The notes: generated by a model from the sequence alone, not told the origin. Shown: positions 27,024 through 36,526, counted from the first letter of the stretch. The stretch: 64,000 nt of DNA from an uncultured Bacteroidales bacterium (GCA_964502355.1 CAZCWK010000002.1:64683-128682), one strand, 5' to 3'. Numbers and translations: made by a program.

Positions 27024-28754
27024 TTACCAGGTAATCTCGATAAATGAGACTCCCTGCCTTGGAAGATTAAAACAGACTTCCTGTTTTCCATTCTTGGTAT
27101 CAATCCATTTCGGAGAATTTAATAACTGGAGTTGACCGGCTTTCTCGAGTTTATTTATTTGTTCTATTGATGGTTTTTGAGGTGAACCCATTTCTTTCCA
27201 TAACGTGTATGAGTTACTGTGGTTCTGATCAATTCTGTAATGAGTTAGTAAAACTTTGTCTGAAGGAATCTGACTAATATTTAATCTTACTGGTGAATCA
27301 GGTACATTGATATCGTTTATATCATGATAATTCCAAACTATAATTGTTGCTGAATTTCCACCTGATGATGCAATTGCATTAATGTCTGGAAAAGAATCTT
27401 TTACTCCATTATCACGAACCTTAATAAAGTTATATGCCAAATTGTCTTGGCGTACTTCGACTTTATCATCTTTCATAAGTCCAAACATTCTGAAAACATT
27501 TAATACCGGTTTGTCAACACCATTTGTTGACATATCTCTGAAACCGGCAAACCATTGTTGATCTTCAAATTCAAAACCCCAGGTCACTGCGCCCTTTAAA
27601 TTAACCCCCCAAAATTCAGCTAATTCATATATTCTTGCATAGGAAGCAGCCGTATAACTGGAATACATAGTCCCATTACGATAGGCATTACTTGGATAAT
27701 CTGCCTCAGAGCAAGCTGCACATCCTTCAGGATCGCACTCGCCAATTATTATCGGAAGATGCTTTATAGTAGGATATGATGCAATAACCTCAAAGCCTTT
27801 GCTAACATCACGTAGTTGCCTACTTATATTCATTTGAACAACACCATTAATAACTTTGGGATCTCCTTTTGCATGAAAAGTAATGAAATCCAATGGTGAT
27901 CCTTTTTTGCCTGTAGCATAATTTTTACCTGATACAACATGGTCAAGGAAGTTTCGTAAAAACGCTTCAGCTTTTTCTCCGGCAGGTCCTGTTGATTCAG
28001 GTCCTCCAATCATAGCAGTCGGTAAAGCTCTTTTTACAGCATCAGCTGAATAATCATATAATTTATGATATTCTTCTGCTGTACCACGCCAATATCCAAT
28101 ATTTGGTTCGTTCCAAACTTCCCAATACCAACTTTCAACCTCTTCTTTCCCGTATCTTTTTACAGAGTGTAATACCCAATTATAAATCAAGTCCGCCCAT
28201 TTTTTATAGTTATTTGGAGGATATGACCATCCGGTATATATATCATTATATTTTGCGCCTGGTTTCCAGAAGTGTTTGTATGGATCAGGATTTGTCGACA
28301 AAGCCTCTGGCATAAATCCAATTTGTGCTATTGGCTTCATCCCTCTTTCAATAAAGGAATCAAAAATACGATCGATGATATCCCAGTTATAAATCGGATT
28401 TCCTTTTTTATCTTCGGTATATACATTTGTAGATCCCCATTTTAATGATGCGGTACCATCACCTGTGACCAATAAACTATGAACCCTTACGTAAACAGGA
28501 ACCGGACTTAAATCAGACAATTCAGACAATAGCTTTAATCCATCTTTCATGTATGTGTAATTAGGTTCGTCATATCCCCAGAAAGACCAGATCTTATCCA
28601 GTGGTCCCAATTTTTTGTTTAAGTCTACATTTATTGTGATTGGATCATTGTAACTTGTATTATTGTTTTCTGCCATACTCTGTTCACAATAAGTAATAGC
28701 AATAAAAAACATTATCAGAAAAAATCTATTAAAAAAAGGATATATATAATTCAT
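27024..28754 (-). CDS. Glycoside hydrolase, GH39-like (clan GH-A)
   Basis: 576 aa with an N-terminal hydrophobic signal. WYWEVWNEPNIGYW is the acid/base NEP motif and LPIIIGECD holds the candidate nucleophile Glu. Confidence 0.7.
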   Translation of the reverse strand: MNYIYPFFNRFFLIMFFIAITYCEQSMAENNNTSYNDPITINVDLNKKLGPLDKIWSFWGYDEPNYTYMKDGLKLLSELSDLSPVPVYVRVHSLLVTGDGTASLKWGSTNVYTEDKKGNPIYNWDIIDRIFDSFIERGMKPIAQIGFMPEALSTNPDPYKHFWKPGAKYNDIYTGWSYPPNNYKKWADLIYNWVLHSVKRYGKEEVESWYWEVWNEPNIGYWRGTAEEYHKLYDYSADAVKRALPTAMIGGPESTGPAGEKAEAFLRNFLDHVVSGKNYATGKKGSPLDFITFHAKGDPKVINGVVQMNISRQLRDVSKGFEVIASYPTIKHLPIIIGECDPEGCAACSEADYPSNAYRNGTMYSSYTAASYARIYELAEFWGVNLKGAVTWGFEFEDQQWFAGFRDMSTNGVDKPVLNVFRMFGLMKDDKVEVRQDNLAYNFIKVRDNGVKDSFPDINAIASSGGNSATIIVWNYHDINDINVPDSPVRLNISQIPSDKVLLTHYRIDQNHSNSYTLWKEMGSPQKPSIEQINKLEKAGQLQLLNSPKWIDTKNGKQEVCFNLPRQGVSFIEITW

Positions 28755-28946
28755 AAAAAAAATTTAATATGTATTAAAAAACAACATAATATTAACTCAG
28801 CAACCCTCAATATATCAACTAATACCTGTTGGTTAACCTATTTAAATGAGATCTGAGTTTGGATACAGCAAAGTTGGTATCAAAATCAGAACAAATTCAG
28901 ATATATTTCAGGCTGCTGAGTATTTTATTTCAATAATACCGGATAA

Positions 28947-30503
28947 TCAATACCCGGATAACTGGTGGAGATTTTTGTTATTTGAAACTTCGTCTGATGG
29001 AATTGGTTGACGTTGAGATACTCCGACAACAAAATTATTAAAATCCGGATCTCTGACTTTTAAAGTTTCAAGTTCCGCTGGATCATTATAGAGTTCCCAT
29101 CTTTTTATATCAAACCATCTTACACATTCGCCATTAAGTTCCAAAACGCGTTCAATTCTTAATCGTTTAGCAAATAGTGTTTTATCATTTCCTATTTCGG
29201 GATAAGCTGTAGCTAAAGGCCTCATTCCAACTCTTGCTCTGACTCTGTCTACATATGGATATGCTTCATTAGTTTTGCCAAGCTCATTTAGACATTCAGC
29301 ATACATTAACAAAACATCTGAGAAACGGATTATTCTGAAATTTATCGGGCAATTTCTATCTTCAACTAAAGACGTTTGATCTCTTGAGTATTTTCTATAG
29401 TAAACATCATTATCCCATGCGCTCTGCCATGTTTTACCATAAAACTTACCTGATTCTTCATTTGGAAAATCTTTCAGAATATTTTTATAAATCAAACTAA
29501 TCCTTAATCGAGGATCAAGTTTCCCGTCAGCTGTTTTTTCTTTATAGTATTCATCTCGAATCCAGCTTCTGGCTACTCCATCTCTGAATCCAACGCCTTT
29601 CAAACCAAAAATAATTGATCTCTGATGACCATTTGTAGCACCTTTAGAGTCACTTTCTCCTCCTATCAAATTACCCGCAAATTGGATTTCAAAAACAGAC
29701 TCAATGTTATTTTCTTTGGCTTCAGAGAAATTATCCGAATAATTACTTACCAGACCATAATACTTTTTACCTTCTCCTTCAATAAGCCAATTTAATTGAT
29801 CCTTAGCTTGGCTCCACTTATGTTGTTGCATGTAAACACGAGCCAACTGAGCTTTGGCTGCACCTTTTGTTATTCTTCCCTTCTCGGCACCTGTCCATTC
29901 TTCAGGCAATAAATCAATAGCTTTTAAAAGATCATTCTCAGCTAAATCCCATACTTCCTGGAGTGATCCTTGTATAGGTTGATCAGCAGGTTGTTGGATT
30001 TTTGTGACAAGAGGAACTTCTTCCCATAAGATTGCTAAATGGAAATAATTATAAGCTCTAAGGAAATAAGCCTGTCCAAGATAAGAATTCTTTTTATCAT
30101 CAGACATTTCTATATTTGGCACATAAGTAAGTACTTGATTAGCGCGGAATATTTGTCTATAAGCTTCTCTCCAAATCCAGCAATTATTTTCATTATGATT
30201 ATAATCATTGTAAATAAACTTAGTCCATGCACTGGTGTTAACCATAGGGCTCAAACTATATCCTTCATCAGACAACAAATCAAAACGCCAATGTAAATAA
30301 CGGTGCCAGGAACCTGTTCTGTAAAATATTGCATAACAGGCATTAACGCCGGCTTTAGCATCTGATTCAGTTTTCCAAAACATATCAGAAGATAAGTTAT
30401 TGGGATTGGTAACGTCTAAAAAGTCTTCTTTGCAAGATGTAAGTGAATACCCTAATAGACAAATTATTAATATATAAAGTATATTTTTCATAATAACATT
30501 CAT
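28947..30503 (-). CDS. SusD/RagB-family lipoprotein
   Basis: 518 aa, lipobox SLTSCKEDFLDV. FSDVLLMYAECLNELG and ERVLELNGECVRWFDIKRW are SusD signatures. Confidence 0.92.
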   Translation of the reverse strand: MNVIMKNILYILIICLLGYSLTSCKEDFLDVTNPNNLSSDMFWKTESDAKAGVNACYAIFYRTGSWHRYLHWRFDLLSDEGYSLSPMVNTSAWTKFIYNDYNHNENNCWIWREAYRQIFRANQVLTYVPNIEMSDDKKNSYLGQAYFLRAYNYFHLAILWEEVPLVTKIQQPADQPIQGSLQEVWDLAENDLLKAIDLLPEEWTGAEKGRITKGAAKAQLARVYMQQHKWSQAKDQLNWLIEGEGKKYYGLVSNYSDNFSEAKENNIESVFEIQFAGNLIGGESDSKGATNGHQRSIIFGLKGVGFRDGVARSWIRDEYYKEKTADGKLDPRLRISLIYKNILKDFPNEESGKFYGKTWQSAWDNDVYYRKYSRDQTSLVEDRNCPINFRIIRFSDVLLMYAECLNELGKTNEAYPYVDRVRARVGMRPLATAYPEIGNDKTLFAKRLRIERVLELNGECVRWFDIKRWELYNDPAELETLKVRDPDFNNFVVGVSQRQPIPSDEVSNNKNLHQLSGY

Positions 30504-30506
30504 TAA

Positions 30507-33500
30507 TTAGATTTCTATTTGAATACCGACATTAACTGCTTTTGGATTTGGATAAGCATCTATTCCTCGATTATTCCTGTTCCAAATATTATCTTTTCTA
30601 TACTCAGGATCTCCCATGCTAAATTTCGTTAAGGTGATAAGATTCTGCCCATTAACATACATTCTGCAGGAATTGACTCCAATTTTATTTAGCAAGGATT
30701 TGGGTATATTATAACCAATTGAAAGTGACTTTAATTTTAAATAACTACCATCCTCAAGCCAGTATTCACTATCTCTGCTATTTTGTTTTGTTCCGATAAC
30801 TGGTCTGGGATTTTTAGATGAATTATTTTCAGGTGTCCAATAATTAGTACTGAAACCTTTAATAAAACCAGAATCCGAACCGGAATCCAAACCAATCATA
30901 TATCTTCTAAGTGAATTAAAAATATCACAACCAAAATCACCAAACCAATTCATTTTTACATCAAAGTTATTCCATGAAATACCGGCATTAAATCCTGCCA
31001 AAAATAATGATTCAGCGTTGCCAACTATCTGACGGTCAGCGTCAGTAATTTTACCATCATCATTATAATCGACATACTTTATGTCTCCTGGTTTTGCAGT
31101 TGGTTGAATTACTGTACCGTTTGAATTTACATATGATTGTACATCCTCATCACTTTGGAAAAGACCATCTGTCCTGATTAAAAAGAATTCTGAAACAGGA
31201 CGTCCAACAGCAGTTCTGGCTTGGTTGACAATTATAGCATCTCGGCCGTAGCCTAACCCTGTAACTTTATTTCTCATAATATTAACATTAAAGTTGGTAA
31301 AATATGAGAATTTTTCTTTGCTGTCTCTCCAACCAACTGATATTTCCAAACCGCTGTTTTTTAAAGATGCAGCATTTACGATTGGATCACCTGCTCCATT
31401 TCCTGTAGTCAATAAAATTGGCATTGAGACCAGAATATCATTAGTGTTGGAAATGTAATAATCAATGTTTGAAGTTAACCTATTATCCAAAAACGACATA
31501 TCTAAACCGAAATTTGTCTGTGTCTGACTTTCCCACTTAATATCTTCATTTGTCAGATTAGTTTGAATCGAAGCTTGTTGTTGTTTTTGATCCGTACCAA
31601 ATGTTGCAGTAAGGTTTGTATTAATCAATGGAAGATAATCGTAATAACCTATATTCAAATTTCCCAAAGTCCCATGACTTGCTCTTAGTTTTAAATCGGA
31701 TATCCAGTGCAAATCTTCCATAAACTTCTCTTTTTGGATTCTCCATGCTCCTGAGAATGAAGGGAAATACCCCCATCTGTTTTCTTTCTTAACTCTTGAA
31801 GATGCATCAGCTCTAAGTGTTAATGATAATAAATACTTATCATCATAAGTATAGTTTGCACGTCCAAGATAAGAAAGCATCGCGCCAATATTTGCATAAC
31901 CACCAACTACTGCATTATCTGTTCCAGCTCCAAGTACTTCGTAGTACTTACCACTATCGGTCCTTAGAATGTTGTAGATTTTTCCATTTATGGTTTCATA
32001 ATTTTCTTTCTGGAATGTTTGACCTAGTACTGCATTTATCGAATGCTTACCAAATGTATTTATATAAGATAGAGTGTTTTCAACAAGTGGGCTATCAAAT
32101 CTTCCTCTTGATTCATACAAACTTGAAGGTTCATAAGCCATATTCATACGCCAATCTCCTTCTTTTCTAAGAGTTTTCTGTCCATCAAAATTAAGAGTAT
32201 ACCCTGTGTTTAACTTATATGTCAGACTCTTTAGTATTTTTAGTTCTGCCCATAGTCCGACCATTATTCTGAAATTTGTATTAATTGTCTTGTTAAGGTT
32301 CTCAACCGCGATAGGATTTTCTCCAATGCAGTTGTTTGTGTTCGGATCTCCAAATCCATAACCCCCGACATGGTTTTCATCATAAACCGGAATTAGTGGG
32401 CACATACCCAACCCTAAACCACTTGAATTGGGATCAACAACATTATTACTCATATTTAATGTCTGGCCGTAACTTAGTATTCCTCGAACTCCACTTGTAT
32501 TAACTCTAAAATTAAACCTATCATATTCTGTACCGTAGTAAATACCTTTGTTTTTAAAATATTCGCCCGAAACATAATATTTCCCTGTATTGGAACCACC
32601 GGATACACTCAGATTATATTGTTGAATACTACCATTGTTCATTACTTCATCTATCCAATCGGTGTCTACACCTGAATTGTATGTTAAAGGTGATAAACCG
32701 GCATTCTCACGACCAATTTTGTTTAAAAGAATGTACTCTTCAGCATTGGCAAGTTTGATAGGAGGAGTTCCGTCCTGAATTGTATATGAAGAAGAAAAAT
32801 TTATACGCATAGGTCCTTCACTACCACTTTTAGTTGTGATGACAATAACGCCATTCGCTGCTCGAGAACCATAAATGGCTGCAGCAGAAGCGTCTTTTAG
32901 TATTTGAATAGATTCGATATCAAGAGAATTAATATCTCTTATATTTGTTGTCAGGATTCCGTCAATAACATAAAGTGGCGTAACACTCGTGAAATTATTT
33001 ATTCCACGTATAGTCGCGAAACCGGTATCTCCAGGTCGACCGTTCATATTAATCTCAACTCCAGGGATTGAGCCACTAATAGATTCAAGTATTGAAGTTG
33101 TTGGTGCATTACTTAAAGTTTTTGTATTTACTACAGAAACAGCACCAGTAAGATCTTTCTTTTTTAGCGTACCATAGCCGACAACTACCACAGCATCCAA
33201 ACTTTGAACATCTTCTTCAAGAACAATTTTTAATGGATGTCTATCAGAAACTTTGATTTCCTTTTTAATATACCCAAGATAACTAATCTGCAAAACGTTG
33301 TTTACCTCGGCATTGATTATAAACTTACCGTTTTCATCAGTAAAAGCACCTTTTTTAGTACCTTGAATTGATATATTTGCTCCAATTACCGGATTATTGG
33401 ACTCATCGGTGACCATACCCGATACTTGTCCAGTTTGTTGTGTAGGTTGTTGTTTTTCAGGAGAAATACTCCCTTTACTTAAGATAATTTTTTGATCAGA

Positions 33501-33824
33501 AAATTTAGATTCAATATTTTTACCTTTAAAAACTATTGCTAATGCATCAAAAATTGTTTTGTCCTGAAATTTGACAGTAACTTTTTCATTTACATTAACG
33601 ATACTATTGTCATAGATGAATGTATAAAGAGTCTGCTTTTCTATTTCGTTTAAAATATCACTAATGGAAGTGTTTGTTACGTTAAGAGTAACTTTTGCCT
33701 GTCCTTTTTTTGTATTGTTTTGTGCATGTGAAGCGTTTGTAAAAACAAAACATAAACTCACTAACAATGTTACAAGTAACAGGGATTTTCTTGATGATTT
33801 TTTTTTAATTAAATTTTTATTCAT
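30507..33824 (-). CDS. SusC-family TonB-dependent transducer with an N-terminal STN signalling domain
   Basis: 1105 aa. STN region VTLNVTNTSISDILNEIEKQTLYTFIYDNS, then a carboxypeptidase-regulatory-like domain, plug (ILKDASAAAIYGSRAANGVIVITTK) and barrel. It is paired with FecR and an ECF sigma. Confidence 0.95.
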   Translation of the reverse strand: MNKNLIKKKSSRKSLLLVTLLVSLCFVFTNASHAQNNTKKGQAKVTLNVTNTSISDILNEIEKQTLYTFIYDNSIVNVNEKVTVKFQDKTIFDALAIVFKGKNIESKFSDQKIILSKGSISPEKQQPTQQTGQVSGMVTDESNNPVIGANISIQGTKKGAFTDENGKFIINAEVNNVLQISYLGYIKKEIKVSDRHPLKIVLEEDVQSLDAVVVVGYGTLKKKDLTGAVSVVNTKTLSNAPTTSILESISGSIPGVEINMNGRPGDTGFATIRGINNFTSVTPLYVIDGILTTNIRDINSLDIESIQILKDASAAAIYGSRAANGVIVITTKSGSEGPMRINFSSSYTIQDGTPPIKLANAEEYILLNKIGRENAGLSPLTYNSGVDTDWIDEVMNNGSIQQYNLSVSGGSNTGKYYVSGEYFKNKGIYYGTEYDRFNFRVNTSGVRGILSYGQTLNMSNNVVDPNSSGLGLGMCPLIPVYDENHVGGYGFGDPNTNNCIGENPIAVENLNKTINTNFRIMVGLWAELKILKSLTYKLNTGYTLNFDGQKTLRKEGDWRMNMAYEPSSLYESRGRFDSPLVENTLSYINTFGKHSINAVLGQTFQKENYETINGKIYNILRTDSGKYYEVLGAGTDNAVVGGYANIGAMLSYLGRANYTYDDKYLLSLTLRADASSRVKKENRWGYFPSFSGAWRIQKEKFMEDLHWISDLKLRASHGTLGNLNIGYYDYLPLINTNLTATFGTDQKQQQASIQTNLTNEDIKWESQTQTNFGLDMSFLDNRLTSNIDYYISNTNDILVSMPILLTTGNGAGDPIVNAASLKNSGLEISVGWRDSKEKFSYFTNFNVNIMRNKVTGLGYGRDAIIVNQARTAVGRPVSEFFLIRTDGLFQSDEDVQSYVNSNGTVIQPTAKPGDIKYVDYNDDGKITDADRQIVGNAESLFLAGFNAGISWNNFDVKMNWFGDFGCDIFNSLRRYMIGLDSGSDSGFIKGFSTNYWTPENNSSKNPRPVIGTKQNSRDSEYWLEDGSYLKLKSLSIGYNIPKSLLNKIGVNSCRMYVNGQNLITLTKFSMGDPEYRKDNIWNRNNRGIDAYPNPKAVNVGIQIEI

Positions 33825-33893
33825 ACCTTTAACCGTTTTTATTTACACATCATAAATAAATTCACTTTAGCTGTTGTTACAGCTTACTTTATT

Positions 33894-33935
33894 ACATACG
33901 GAAAGTCGGGCCATCGTCTTTCCGTATGTTTTTTT
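33894..33935 (+). terminator. Strong plus-strand intrinsic terminator in a minus-strand operon junction (anti-sigma/susC intergenic)
   Basis: acatacggaaag (33894-33905) and ctttccgtatgt (33918-33929) form a perfect 12-bp stem with a 12-nt loop, followed by TTTTTT on the plus strand only. No T-run follows on the minus strand. Confidence 0.65.
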
Positions 33936-33993
33936 AATTATATTTTTCCATAGGCACTACATGTTTTTTGGTAAAAAATTAAGGTTCTCACGA

Positions 33994-35022
33994 TTAGTGT
34001 TTGAAAACATTTATACATTTATTTTGTTGTCCATTTGATAAATCTGTTTTATATTCAATAAAATCCAGACCTGATGCAATCTCAAGGCATTCCAATATTT
34101 GTGGTAATTGCTCATTTGTAAACTTTCCAGTAATTCTCGAGTTCAAAACATCGCTATCTTTGACACAAAATGTCACATTGAATTGACGGCTTAAGACATC
34201 AATAACGTGTTGCATATCGTGTTTATTAAATAATATTTCCCCGTTAATCCATGCAATATCATATTTTGGGTTAACATTGGAAATTTTTAAATTATCATCG
34301 TCATTTTTATTATAAACAGCTTTTTGACAAGGCTTTAACAATCTGCTAAAAACTGTTTTATCATCTTTAGTCAAATTAATTCTTACAGATCCCTTTATTA
34401 ATGTCGTCTCTATCTCGTCATCACTCTGATATGCCAGTACTCCAAACTTCGTACCCAAAACCTCAACATTATAATTATGAGCTGCTTTTACAATAAAAGG
34501 GTGTTTTTCGTTTCGAGTTACTTCAAAATATGCCTGACCATCAAGTTCAACCTCTCTGATTTTACCGGAAAATTTTGTAGGGTATTTTAGTTTACTGTTA
34601 GTGTTAAGCCACACTTTAGTCCCATCTGATAATGTGAAAGATGTAGTCATCCCCGGATTAGTGCTAATTGTAGCATATAGTGAAGGCTCATTTAAGTTAT
34701 TATGCAAAACAAATAAAGTGATTAATAATACAGGGAAAAATAAAATTGCAGCTACCTTTTGAAGTATACTAAAGTATTTTTTAATAGTGATACCTTTTTT
34801 TCTTCTTTTGATTTGGTCTTTGAATTCTAAAAATGATTTTTCCTGATCAAGCGAGTGTTTAAATTGAAGCACATTTACAGCTTTAATAGTAATATAAATG
34901 TCTTCAAGTCTTTTTTCATTATCAGGAGATTGTTTTCTCCATTCCTGAATCAAAGTAACTTCATCTTCAGTACTCGTACCTTCGATAAATCTTATAAGTA
35001 TTTCTTCTTCTACTTCAACCAT
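33994..35022 (-). CDS. FecR-family anti-sigma factor
   Basis: 342 aa with a single central TM helix (VAAILFFPVLLITLFVL). FecR-like periplasmic domain, and C-terminal DIAWINGEILFNKHDMQHVIDVLSRQFNV. Confidence 0.9.
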   Translation of the reverse strand: MVEVEEEILIRFIEGTSTEDEVTLIQEWRKQSPDNEKRLEDIYITIKAVNVLQFKHSLDQEKSFLEFKDQIKRRKKGITIKKYFSILQKVAAILFFPVLLITLFVLHNNLNEPSLYATISTNPGMTTSFTLSDGTKVWLNTNSKLKYPTKFSGKIREVELDGQAYFEVTRNEKHPFIVKAAHNYNVEVLGTKFGVLAYQSDDEIETTLIKGSVRINLTKDDKTVFSRLLKPCQKAVYNKNDDDNLKISNVNPKYDIAWINGEILFNKHDMQHVIDVLSRQFNVTFCVKDSDVLNSRITGKFTNEQLPQILECLEIASGLDFIEYKTDLSNGQQNKCINVFKH

Positions 35023-35156
35023 TTTTTAATTGCTACATAGTTAATACAATTGTGATACAAAACATCCTAAACGAAATTTCAAATATTTTCTGAAAATGTT
35101 TTTTTATTATCAAAAGGGATTATCCGGCTTTAATGCTATTTATTAAGCCGAAGAAA

Positions 35157-35714
35157 TTATAATAGTAATAACAGATACTCTTTGAGAGCCACTCTTAGTA
35201 TTTTGATTGCATTTGAAATGCGATAGGATATTGTTTTTGGCGAAACGCCAAGTATTTCAGCGATTTCATCATACTTCTTGCAATCATATCTGTTTAAAAC
35301 AAAAGCAGTACGATAATCTTCAGGCATATTGTTAACAGTGGTTTCAATTATATTCTGTAATTCATCAGAAATATAGAAATCAGGATTATCTAAGGGATTT
35401 TGATACTTATCAAATAGTTCTTGATGTACCCTGTTTTTTACTCCTTTTTGAGTAATTACATTCAGGCACTTATTTTTTACAACTGTAAACAGGAATGATT
35501 TTAACTGGTAATCAGGTATTAGCAAACGTCGGTTTTCCCACAACCACAACATAGTTTCCTGTACTATATTCTCACATTCTGATTCTTCGATATAATTTGA
35601 TGCAAAAGCACATAGTGGAGCATAATATTTCTTGAAAATGTACTCGAATGCATCTTCGTTACCTTCTCTGATAAGGCTAATTATATTAATGTCGTTATTA
35701 TCAAATTCCATCAC
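35157..35714 (-). CDS. ECF-type RNA polymerase sigma-70 family factor
   Basis: 185 aa. Region 2 (FEYIFKKYYAPLCAFASNYI, IVQETMLWLW) and region 4 HTH (YDEIAEILGVSPKTISYRISNAIKILR). Confidence 0.9.
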   Translation of the reverse strand: MMEFDNNDINIISLIREGNEDAFEYIFKKYYAPLCAFASNYIEESECENIVQETMLWLWENRRLLIPDYQLKSFLFTVVKNKCLNVITQKGVKNRVHQELFDKYQNPLDNPDFYISDELQNIIETTVNNMPEDYRTAFVLNRYDCKKYDEIAEILGVSPKTISYRISNAIKILRVALKEYLLLLL

Positions 35715-35868
35715 AATTTTTGCTGAATATAAACCTTAACCGAGAAGCAGTTTTTTTATTTGGTAGGAGATTAAAGGTATGCAAACAAAAAACGCGTTGG
35801 TCAGCATTTGGTAAATAGTGAAATAAAAACCATTCAATAATTAATGACCAGTGTTTTCTGAAACCCCA

Positions 35869-35876
35869 CAAATTTA
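35869..35876 (-). promoter_or_regulatory. Candidate Bacteroidota -7 box (TAAATTTG) upstream of the ECF sigma gene, inside an 8-bp inverted repeat (35867-35888)
   Basis: The minus strand reads TAAATTTG, matching TAnnTTTG. It is flanked by cacaaatt / aatttgtg with a 6-nt spacer. Confidence 0.35.
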
Positions 35877-36021
35877 TACTAATTTGTGATTTAACCAAAA
35901 TCATGAAGATTTTTGTGCAAAAATATAATTTGCCTCTTTTTTAATTACTCAGCATCCATCAACAGCTTGATTTCATTGAGGCGAAGATCTTAATGTTCAA
36001 GATAACCCAGTATAATACTTT

Positions 36022-36357
36022 CTATAGCTTAGATAAATTTGCTTTAGCTTGTGGAACGGCATTTAAAATAAAGCCTACTGTGGCGCATGTATCCATCTCG
36101 CCACACTCAGCACAAGTAGTGAAATTTTTAGATTGAGCACATTTGCGGATCTGGCATTCATAGCAATATCCGATTTTAGGTCCTTCTATACGGCAACCTG
36201 TACAATTTATCATCTCAAGAGTAATTTCAGTTGAATTATATTCTTCGCGCCATTTTTTAGCAACCACTTCACGAAGTGCATTGTCATTATTGGCAGTTGC
36301 GATCCTGGCTTCACACTCTTCACAATTTAAACCACAGCAAGCAATAAGGTCTTTCAT
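36022..36357 (-). CDS. DUF3795-like Cys-rich small protein
   Basis: 111 aa. CGLNCEECEARIAT opens the protein, and repeated CxxC pairs follow (CTGCRIEG, CYECQIRKC, CAECGEMDTC). Confidence 0.75.
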   Translation of the reverse strand: MKDLIACCGLNCEECEARIATANNDNALREVVAKKWREEYNSTEITLEMINCTGCRIEGPKIGYCYECQIRKCAQSKNFTTCAECGEMDTCATVGFILNAVPQAKANLSKL

Positions 36358-36526
36358 TTTTATAGTATTTTTTAAGTTAAGGGCTAAATGAGTGGTATCA
36401 CAAAGATATTATAACCCCTGTTTGAATCCACATAAACTCCCTTAATCTTCCATTAAAAATATTTTTCATTAAAAATGAAGTACAACTTAAAAAATTAAGT
36501 ATATTAGCAGACGATAATTATGTTTT

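Larger units (their letters stand above)
21418..35714 (-). other. PUL2: ECF-sigma/anti-sigma-controlled locus (sigma, FecR, STN-SusC, SusD, GH39, MFS, racemase-fold, RpiB-like, propeller-like, cupin, DhaK, DhaL)
   Basis: Twelve co-oriented genes. Gaps are at most 192 bp and several starts and stops overlap. Confidence 0.8.

Noticed and set aside
33664-33855. 63-aa plus-strand ORF antisense to the susC 5' end, ending 39 nt before the plus-strand terminator.
   Set aside because: Its hydrophobic sequence is simply the complement of the susC signal-peptide region, and no start context or homology supports it as a protein. The plus-strand transcription it hints at is treated as a possible antisense sRNA instead.
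35701-35904. 67-aa minus-strand ORF overlapping the start of the ECF sigma gene.
   Set aside because: It lies in the promoter/5'-UTR region of the sigma gene, has no motifs, and overlaps the sigma start by 14 nt. It is likely spurious.
36451-36476. Direct repeat cattaaaaat x2 and the palindrome aaaaatattttt upstream of the XRE-cupin gene, considered as an operator.
   Set aside because: The sequence is extremely AT-rich and low-complexity, so such matches are expected by chance. It is mentioned only as a place to test, not as a supported site.
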